The notes under the pieces are model-generated. The model saw nothing but the letters and a program-made list of their open reading frames with translations, had not been told where the DNA came from and did not search any database. A stretch of DNA of 64,000 bases from the human T2T-CHM13v2.0 reference genome, Homo sapiens: assembly GCF_009914755.1 (NCBI RefSeq), contig NC_060947.1. One strand, given 5' to 3'. Each line of letters begins with the position of its first letter. Position 1 is the first letter of the stretch. Positions 54,828 to 64,000 of the stretch are shown one piece after another. The position numbers were made by a program, and so were the translations under genes.

Positions 54828-55302
54828 TTTTGGGAACAGGCACCTAAACTGGCCATAAACAAAATCTCTGCAGCACTGTGATATGTTCATGATGACCATG
54901 ACACCCACTCTGAAGGTTGTGGGTTTACTGGAATGAGGGCAAGGAAAACCTGGCCCACCCAGGTTGGCAAATTGCTTAAGGCATTCCTAAGCCACAAACA
55001 ATAGCATGAGCAATCTGTGCCTTAAGAACATGTTCCTGCTGCAGATAACTAGCCAGAGCCCATCCTTTTGTTTCAGCCTATCCCTTTGTTTCCCATTTTA
55101 GTTAATCTACAGTCTATAGAAACAATGCTTATCACTGGCTTTCTGTCAATAAATATGTGGGTAAAACTCTGTTCATGGCTCTCAGCTCTGAAGGCTGTCA
55201 GTCACCTGATTTCCCACTCTACACTCTACATTTCTGTGTGTGTGTCTTTAATTCTTCTAGCGCCACTGGGTTAGGGTGTCCAGGACTGAGCTGGTCTTGG
55301 CA
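54828..55302 (+). repeat. MER9 5' LTR
   Basis: CTGGCCATAAACAAAATCTCTGCAGCACTGTGA...GAGCTGGTCTTGGCA; the terminal TG reads TT. Confidence 0.93.
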
Positions 55303-55451
55303 TGTGGTGCCCATACATGAGGGTCAAACCTGGGTTGAAGTGTCACGGAGTGATGGTTGGAGAATCTGAAACTAAGCTGGAGGACACCTGAGTACTCTGA
55401 AGCAATCCCCGTGGTGAGTAAGAAGGGGAGCTCAGAAGCATCAGGGTAACA

Positions 55452-55971
55452 ATGGGACAAGTGTGGGCTCTGGTTTGTTCCACCTTGGAACATTTTCCAT
55501 TGATGATGAGGAGGAAGGAGAGTATAATGAAGTAACAGAAGAGGCGACAGAGCAGGTTTGTTTGTCAGCTAAAGCTAAAGTGGCAAAGGAGGGAGAGGTT
55601 CATCCCTACCCTTCTGCACCCCCTCATTATTTTGAAGAAAAAGAATGGCCTGACCCTCCAGATTTTTCTTTTCCAGAGGACACTGGGCAAAAAGTAGTTG
55701 CCTCAGTGACTGTTTGGGCAGTGCCTTGAGTGACCACTCTCAGTTCTATTCAGGCAGGAATCCAGCAAGTTAGACAAGAGGGTGATATAAAGGCTTGGCA
55801 GTTCCCTGTTAGTATACACCACCCAGATTAACAAGGAAATATTATAGTTACATTTGAGCCTTTTCCTTTTAAATTACTCAAAGAATTTAAGCAAGCTATT
55901 AATCAATATAGACAAGGTTCTCCTTTTATAATGGGACTGTTAAAGAATGTTGCTCTCTCCAGTCAGATGAT
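55452..55971 (+). pseudogene. gag: HML-3 gag remnant
   Basis: ATGGGACAAG start, acidic stretch DDEEEGEYNEV, PSAP late domain (HPYPSAPPHY), capsid N-terminus FKLLKEFKQAINQY; ends at a deletion junction. Confidence 0.85.
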
Positions 55972-56700
55972 GCCAGTGGTGACGGTAGGATTACTTCTAG
56001 GTAGATCTAGTTTAACTTTAAAAGGAGTGCAAGTACATACAGGAGTCATTGATTCAGATTACAATGGGGAAGTTCAAATTGTTATATCTACCTCTCTTCC
56101 CTGGAAAGCAGAGCCAGGAGAGTGTATAGCACAACTCCTGATTGTGCCGTATGTGAAAATGGGGAAAAGTGAACCTAAACGAACAGGAGGATTTGGAAGC
56201 GGAAATAAACAAGACAAAGCAACTTATTGGGTGAATCAAATTACTGATAAATGTCCTACCTGTGAAATAACTATTCAGGGAAAGAAATTTAAAGCTTTGG
56301 TAGATAAAGGAGTGGACATTTCAGTCATTTCTCTACAGCACTGGCCGTCCATGTGGCAAATTCAACCCATTCAATTTAACATAGTTAGAGTTGGTAAAGC
56401 CCCTGAAGTATATCAAAGTAGTTATATTTTGCATTGTGAAGGGCCCTATGGACAACCTGGGACTATTCAACCAATTATAACTTCTGTACCTATAAATTTT
56501 TAGAGGGGAGATTTATTACAACAATGGGGAGTGCAAGTTCTAATTCCTGAACAATTATATAGCCCTCAAAGTCAACATATGATGCATGAAATGGGGTATG
56601 TCCCTGGTATGGTACTAGGAAAAAATTTGCAAGGTTTGAAGGAATTGTTTCAATGGGAAGACAAAGTTCCTGCCAAGGTTTAGGATATCATTTTTGATGG
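55972..56700 (+). pseudogene. pro: HML-3 dUTPase, protease and G-patch remnant
   Basis: dUTPase motifs GRSS, GVIDSDYNGE, RTGGFGS; protease active site reads LVDKG instead of DTG; G-patch MHEMGYVPGMVLGKNLQG near 56580-56635. Confidence 0.9.
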
Positions 56701-59200
56701 CAGCCATTGTTAAGCCTCCAGAACCTATACGTTTAAAATGGTTAACAGATAAGCCAATTTGGTTAGAACAATGGCCAAGGTAAAGAGAAACTGGAGGCTT
56801 TAGCAGACTTCGTTACTGAACAGTTAGAAAAAGGACACATAGCTCCAACATTTTCCCCCTGGAATTCTCCAGTTTTTGTAATTAAGAAAAAATCAGGTAA
56901 ATGGAGAATGTTGACAAATCTTAGAGTCATTAATTCAGTTATACAACCCATGGGGACATTACAGCCAGGATTGCCTTCTCCTGCTACGATTCCAAAAAAC
57001 TGGCCTTTAATAGTCATAGATTTAAAAGACTGTTTCTTTACTATCCCCTTACCTGAGCAAGACTGTGAAAGGTTTGCATTTATAATCCCTGAGGTTAACA
57101 ACCTGCAGCCTATTAAGCATTTTCATTGGAAAGTGTTGCCACAAAGCATGTTAAACAGTTCAACAACTTGCCAGATGTATGTAAGGCAAGCAATTGAACC
57201 TACTCTTAAAACATTTTCACAGTGTTACATTATTCATTATATGGATGATATACTTTGTTCTGTCCCACTCAAGAACTATTACTCCAATGTTATGATCACT
57301 TGCAAAACTCGATTTCTTGCATTGGTTTAATTATAGCTCCTGACAAAATTCAGACTACCACTCCTTACTCCTACTTGGGGACCTCAGTGAATACACTACA
57401 ATAATGCCAAGAAAGTAACCATATGTAAGAATCAATTGAAAACATTAAATGACTTTCAAAAGTTAATAGGGGACATTAATTGGATACAACCTGCTGTAGG
57501 CATTCCTACCTATGCCATGAGTAATCTATTTTCTATCCTTAGAGGAGATCCTAGTCTCACTAGCCCTTGGCAATTAACAAAGGAGGCTGAGGCAGAGTTA
57601 CAACTGATTGAAAAGCAAGTCAATAAAGCTCAAATAAATAGAATAGATCCAGAGAAGACTCTAGATTTGCTAATTTTTCCAATTCAACCTTCACTTACTG
57701 GTGTTATTGTCCAAGAGCAGTACTTAGTAGAATGGCTTTTTCTTCCACATACTAATTGAAGGACTCTAACTCCTTATTTGGATCAAATCACTACCATGAT
57801 AGGAAATGGGAGAACTCAGATTGTTAAATTATGTGGATATGATCATGGAAAAATTACTGTCTTTCTCATGAAGGCACAAACACAGCAAGCTTTTATAAAT
57901 AGTCTTACTTGGCAAACCCATTTAGTTGACTTTGTGGGTATTCTTGATAATCATTTTCCTAAAACAAAATTATTTCAATTTTTGAAATTAACTAATTGGA
58001 GTCTACCTAAAATAACTAAATTTAAACCAATTTAAGGTGCTGAGAATGTCTTCACAGATGGGTCTAGTAATCATAAACCTTCTTATTCTGGATTGAAAGG
58101 TAAAGTTTTTCAGATGTCCTAAACCTCAGTCAAAAAGCAGAGCTTGTAGCTGTAATTGAGGTATGGAGTGTGTTTGATATGCCTATTAATATGATTTCTG
58201 ATTCTTCATACATGATTCATTCCACACAATTAATTGAAAATACTCAGCTTTGATTTCATATGAACAACTGATGACTTTATTTACCCAATTGCAAACAGCA
58301 GTTAAGAGTAGAATGCACCATTTTTACATTACTCATATTAGAGCTCATACACCTCTTCCAGGACCTTTGACTGCAGGGAATCGAATAGCTGATTACCTAG
58401 TTGCTACTGCAATATCTAATGCCAGACACTTTCACAATTTAACCCATGTTAATGCCTCTGGTCTCAAACACAGATACAGAATCACCTGGAAAGAAGCTAA
58501 AGCTATTATCCAGCAATGCCCAACTTGTCAAATGGTGCATTCTTCATCTTTTACAGGAGGAGTTAATCCTTGGGGATTGGAACCTAATTCTCTTTGGCAA
58601 ATGGATGTCACACATGTTCCCTCATTTGGGAGACTATCTTATGTACATGTATGTGTGGACACCTTTTCTCACTCTGTCTGGGCTACATGCCAATCAGGAG
58701 AGTCTTCTGCCTGTGTTAAACATCACCTTTTGCAGTGTTTTGCAGTGTTGGACATTCCAGCTTCTATCAAAATGGACAATGCCCCAGGCTATACTAGCCA
58801 AGCTCTAGCTACATTGTTCTCTATATGGAATATTAAACACATTACTGGTATCCCATATAATTTTCAAGGACAAACCATTGTGGAAAGAATGAATCTCTCA
58901 CTGAAACAGCAGTTGCAAAAGCAAAAAGGGGGAAACAGGGACTACAGGACACCCCATATGCAATTGAATCTAGCATTATTGAATTTAAATTTTTTGAGCC
59001 TGCCTAAAGGCCAGATGCTATCAGCAGCTGAACAGCATCTACAGAAACCAGCTGCAAAGACAGAAGCAGAACAACTGGTTTGGTGGAGAGATCCGATAAA
59101 AAGTTGGGAAATAGGTAAAATAATAACTTGGGGTAGAGGTTATGCTTGTGTTCCTCCAGGCCAGAACCAGCAGCCGATTTGAATACCATCAAGACACCTG
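56700..59200 (+). pseudogene. pol: HML-3 pol (RT, RNase H, integrase), disrupted in RT and RNase H
   Basis: [43 protein letters not shown]; integrase inside ORF 58250..59182. Confidence 0.93.
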
Positions 59201-59207
59201 AAACCTT

Positions 59208-60520
59208 ATGATGATCCAGATACCTAGGAAGAGATTCCAGGAGGATCCTGAGGACCCCCTGGTTGCAGCCATGTTGAGACTGATGCTGAGGAGGACCCCA
59301 AGTGTCACAAGCAACACCCTTCGAACACAGCCACCTACCTGGCGACAGATCAAGAAGCTGTCACAGATAGCAGAAGAAAACCCGAGGAAAGTGGGGCAAC
59401 CAGTCACAATGAGTAATTTAATGATAGCTATGATAGCGGTGATCACCATTGCTGTGAGTATTCCTTTAGCAATGGCTGACACAGAGAACAATTATACCTA
59501 TTGGGCATATTTACCTTTTCCACCACTTCTATGGCCTGTAACTTGGCTGGACCCCCCAGTGGAGGTATACACTAATGATAGCTCTTGAATGCTTGGTCCT
59601 ACAGATGATAGAGGCCCATCTCACCTACATGAGGAAAGAACCATTATGAATATTTCTTTAGGATTTGAACATCCACCTATCTGTTTGGGAAAGGCCACTA
59701 GTTGCATACTCCTCGCTATCAATCTTGACTGGCAATAATGCCTGGATGTAATCACTCTATGACACAATTACACATGCTTTCTGATCTCAGTATTTACCAT
59801 AATAAATCTACTCCTATAATTGAGGCATACCACCCTCAAAAACCTATTTGTAAACAGAATTGGACCTGACCAGAAATAATGAACGTACTTGTTTGGGAAG
59901 ATTGCATTGCAGAACAGGCAGAGGTGCTGCATAATGATTCCTGTGGAATCATTATTAGTTGGTCCCCTAAGGGGATGTTTAGCTTGAATTGCACCTCTCA
60001 GTCTGTGTGCCATGGCCACAGTATGTTCAGCTGGTCTGACCAAAATGGTCAGATGGTAGAAATGGTAAGAAGTATGGCAAGAGTTCCTATTATCTGGAAA
60101 CATAGTGGTATAGTGGCACCTCAACCTCAAATGGTATGGCCTGCTGTAGGAGCTAAACATAAGGATTTGTGGCTACTATTAATGGCTCTTAATAAGATCA
60201 AAATTTGGGAAAGAATGAAAAAGGATCTAGAAGGACACTCTACAAACTTGTCTTTGGATATTGCAAAATTAAAAGAACAAATATTTAAAGCATCCCAGGC
60301 ACACTGACCTTAATGCCAGGAACTGGAGCGCTTGAAGGAGCTGCAGACAGATTAGCAGCTAGTAACCCATTAAACTAGATAAAAACACGTGGAAGCTGTG
60401 TGACTTCAATGATGATTGTGCTTTTAATCTGTGTTGTTCGTCTTTGTATAGTCTGCAGTTGTGGATCCCAACTCCTGCGAGAAGTAGCTCACTGTGATAA
60501 AACCACCTTTGCTTTTAATG
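59208..60520 (+). pseudogene. env: HML-3 env remnant, internally deleted
   Basis: Signal peptide PPTWRQIKKL...IAMIAVITIAVSIP; SU start NYTYWAYLPFPP; TM segment NLSLDIAKLKEQIFKASQAH; several stops. Confidence 0.88.
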
Positions 60521-60546
60521 TCTTGCAAAAACAAAAAGGGGGAATA

Positions 60547-61037
60547 TGTTGGTAAGAGGCCCCAAAACTGGCCACAAACAAAATCTCTGCAGCACTGTGA
60601 CATGTTCATGATGGCCATGACGCCCTTGCTGAAGGTTGTGGGTTTACTGGAATGAGGGCAAGGAACACCTGGCCCACTCAGGGCAGAAAATTGCTTAAGG
60701 TGTTCCTAAGCCACAAACAATAGCACGAGCAATCTGTGCCTTAAGGACATGTTCCTGCTGCTGATAACTAGCCAGAGCCCATCCCTTTGTTTCAGCCCAT
60801 CCCTTTGTTTCCCATTTTAGTTAATCTATAATCTATAGAAACAATGCTTATCACTGGCTTGCTATCAATAAATATGTGGGTAAAACTCTGTTCGTGGCTC
60901 TCAGCTCTGAAGGCTGTCAGCCCCGAAGGCTGTCAGTCACCTGATTTCCCACTCCATATTCCATACTTCCGTGTGTGTGTCTTTAATTCCTCTAGCACCA
61001 CTGGGTTAGGCTCTCCATGACCGAGCTGATCTCGGCA
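60547..61037 (+). repeat. MER9 3' LTR
   Basis: Direct repeat of the 5' LTR, with an extra 16-bp tandem unit GAAGGCTGTCAGCCCC near 60909. Confidence 0.95.
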
Positions 61038-61699
61038 GGAATGAGGGATAAAAGAGTACAAATTGTGTGCAGTGTATACTGCTCAAGTGATGGCTGCACC
61101 GAAATTCCACAAATTACCACTAAAAAACTTACTCATGTAACCAACCACTACCCATTCCCCCAATAACATATGTAAATCAAAAGTTAAAAAAAATCATATG
61201 AACAGAGGTGGGAGGAGGAGGAAGAGAGCATTTCTTAAAGGAAAATAAAGATTTCAGGTCAAGAAAAAGAGAGATTAATTAATTTGCAGAGAAAATCAAC
61301 TAGTGACTTCCTATTTTCATATAAAATCAAAATCCCATTTATTTTGTCTGCATGGTGTAAAATAAACATGTTGTTAGAATGATTTTTCTCTGAAATAATC
61401 TAATTTTTGATAATATTTGGTCAAAATTGACTAGATATTTCATACTATAAGAGTCTGACATCTGCTATAATCTCATCCTACAGGCTGTCATAATGCTGAA
61501 CTCCAGTAGCCACTTTTAATAAAATAATAAATTATTTTCAACTGAAGTACTTCTTCTTCTCCTCAAGCTCTTTGATTTTTGACATCAATACCCTAGAATA
61601 TGCAATAACATATGCAATTATCTTTGATAATTATAAAAAGAAGGGGGAGAGCATCCTTGAAAATTAGTGTCTTTATGGAATCAAAGAGCTAGTTCAAGG

Positions 61700-62330
61700 T
61701 TGCAAAGAAAACACTTATACACTGTTGATGGGAGTGTAAATTAGTTTAACCATTGTGGAAAGCAGTACAGTGATTCCTCAAAGAGCTAAAAACAGAACCA
61801 CCATTCAACCCAGCAATCCCATTATTGGGTATATACCCAGAGGAATATAAATCATTTTACCACACACACACAATCTTGTGAATGTTCATTGCAACACTAT
61901 TCACAATAGCAAAAAGTGGAATCAATCTAAATGGCCATCAATGACAGAGTTCGTGATACAGACACACCATGGAATACTATGCAGTCATAAAAAGAATGAC
62001 ATCATGTCTTTTGCAGGAGCATGGATGGAGCCACAGGCTATTATCCTCAGCAAACTAACACAGGAACAGAAAACCAAATACCACACATTATCTCTTATAA
62101 GTGGGAGCTAAATGAAGAGAACTCATGAATACAATGAAGGGAACAACACACTGGGATCTACTTGAGGGTGGAGGGTGTGAGGAGGAAGTGGAGCAGAAAA
62201 GATAACTATTGGTTACTGGGCTTAATTCCTTAGTGATGAAATAATCTGTACAACAGACCCCCATGACACAAGGTTACCTATATAACAAATATTCACATAT
62301 ACCCCTGAACCAAAAATAAAAGTTGTTTTT
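61700..62330 (+). mobile_element. L1PA15/16-like 3' fragment
   Basis: CATTCAACCCAGCAATCCCATTATTGGGTATATACCC...ATAATCTGTACAACAGACCCCCATGACAC...AAAATAAAAGTT. Confidence 0.85.
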
Positions 62331-62344
62331 TAGAAAGGGGGAAA

Positions 62345-63025
62345 AAACCTCTATGAAATTGGTCTGGGCAATGATTTTTTGGATGTGACTCTGAAAGCAC
62401 AGGCAACAAAAGTAAAAAGAGACAAATGGGATTACATCAAACTAAAAAGCTTCTGCACAGAAGAAAACAATGAACAGGATAAGGAGACAATGTACTGAAT
62501 GAGAGAATATATTTGCAAACTACACATTTGATATAGGGCTAATAACATTTGAAATACATAAGGAACTCAAAAGTAATAAAGCAATCTGATTAAAAATGGG
62601 AAAAGAACCTGAATAGACATTTCTTAAAATAAGACAAATGCTCAACAGGTATATCAGCAAATTCTTAACATGGCTAATCATCAGGAAAAAACAAATCAAA
62701 ACCATAATGAAAATTTCTTGCCTATTAAAATGACTATTTTAAAAAAGCTGAAAGATAACACATATTGGTGAGAACATGGGGAAAAAGGAATCATGGTGCA
62801 TTGTTGGTAGAAATGTAAATTAGTACAGCCATTATAGAAAAGAGAATGAAAGTTCCTCAAAAAATTAGTAATAGAACTACTATATGATCCAGCAACCCTA
62901 TTACTGTGTATATATCAAAAAGAAATCAGAATTGCAAAAGGATAACTGCACTCCCATGATAAATGCAGCATTATTCACAGTAGCCAAGATATGGAATCAA
63001 CCTAAGTATTTATCAACAGATAAAT
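62345..63025 (+). mobile_element. L1M (MA/MB) ORF2 3' fragment, interrupted by the AKR1B1 retrocopy
   Basis: AAATGGGATTACATCAAACTAAAAAGCTTCTGCACAG...TTCACAGTAGCCAAGATATGGAATCAACCTAAG. Confidence 0.82.
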
Positions 63026-64000
63026 GTACATGGTTCTGGGTGGGGATCTAGGAGTACAGCAGCCATGATCAACCATCTTTTGCTCAACAACAGTGCCAAG
63101 ATGTCCATCCTGGGGCCAGGTACCTGGAAGTCTCCTCCAGACCTGGTGACCGAGTCTGTAAATGTGGTGATTAACATTGGGTACTGCCACATAGATTGTG
63201 CCCACGTGTACCAGAATGAGAATGAGTCAGGGGTGGCCATTTAGGAGAAGCTCAGGGAGCAGGCAGTAAAGTGCAAGTAGCTCTTCATCATCAGCAATCT
63301 GTGGTGCACATGTCTTAAGAAGGGTCTGCTGAAAAAAACCTGCCAGAAGATGCTCAGTTACTTGAATCTGGACTACCTAGACATCTACCTTATTCACTGG
63401 ACAACTGGCTTTAAGCCAGGGAAGAAATTTTTCCCACTGGATGATTCAGCCATTGTATATCCCAATGACACCAGCATTGTGGACACATGAGCAGCCATGA
63501 AAGAGCTGGTGGATGAAGGGTTGGTGAAAGCTATTGGCATCTCCAAGTTCAACTATTCTCATGTCAGGAGGATCTTAAACAAACGTGGCTTAAAGTATCA
63601 GCCAATGGTTAAAGAGATTGAGTTCTGCACATACCTAACTCAAAAGAAGTTAATCCAGTACTGCCAGTCCAAAGGCATCATGGTGACTGCCTATAGCCCC
63701 CTTGACTGTCTGGACAGGCCCTGGGCAAAGCTCAAGGATTCTTCTGTCCTGGAGGATGCCAGAAGCAAGGTGATCACAGTCAAACATAATAAAACTACAG
63801 CTCAGGTTCTGATTTGATTTCCCATTCAGAGAAACTTGGTGGTGAATCCCAAGTCTGTGACACAAAAATGCATTGCAGAGAACTTTAAGGCCTTTTACTT
63901 TGAACTAAGCAGCAAGGATATGACCACCTTACCTAGCTACAACAGAAACTGTGCCTTGGTAAGCTGTACCTCGCACAAGGATTACCCCTTCTAGGAAGAA
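63026..64000 (+). pseudogene. AKR1B1P: Processed pseudogene of aldose reductase (AKR1B1), continuing past the window end
   Basis: Intronless copy with a 5'UTR remnant (GCAGCCATG, ATG at 63065): [70 protein letters not shown]; in-frame stops near 63242, 63278, 63488, 63815 and 63992. Confidence 0.96.

Larger units (their letters stand above)
54828..61037 (+). mobile_element. HERV-K(HML-3) / HERVK9 provirus with MER9 LTRs
   Basis: Two MER9 LTRs; tRNA-Lys-like PBS TGGTGCCCATACATGAGG at 55305; gag, dUTPase, pro, pol and env remnants; PPT at 60527-60546; 6-bp TSD GGGATG / GGAATG. Confidence 0.95.

Noticed and set aside
63497-63817. 106-aa aldo-keto reductase ORF as a functional gene
   Set aside because: Internal fragment between premature stops of an intronless retrocopy; lacks the N-terminal catalytic residues.

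Overview
Primate (human-like) genomic DNA, AT-rich and dominated by transposable elements. I can support no intact host protein-coding gene. Main contents: (1) a near-full-length L1PA8-like LINE lacking its RT domain but retaining an open ORF0-like antisense frame; (2) a nested L1MA/L1PA13-16 complex carrying a full-length 7SL RNA retrocopy; (3) an L2 interrupted by MER47A and FLAM; (4) a unique segment rich in TF motifs just upstream of an internally deleted HERV-H provirus (LTR7C-type LTRs, duplicated tRNA-His PBS); (5) MaLR solo LTRs, Alus and a 3'-truncated HSMAR2 mariner; (6) two convergent L1MA2/3 copies; (7) an L1PB hosting both a doubly inverted L1PA5/6 insertion and a two-LTR HERV-K(HML-3)/MER9 provirus with an almost intact integrase frame; (8) a processed AKR1B1 pseudogene running off the right edge. 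I found no convincing new biological system; the best leads are unusual retroelement structures. Subfamily calls come from recalled consensus sequences and need RepeatMasker/Dfam confirmation. Difference counts were made by eye.
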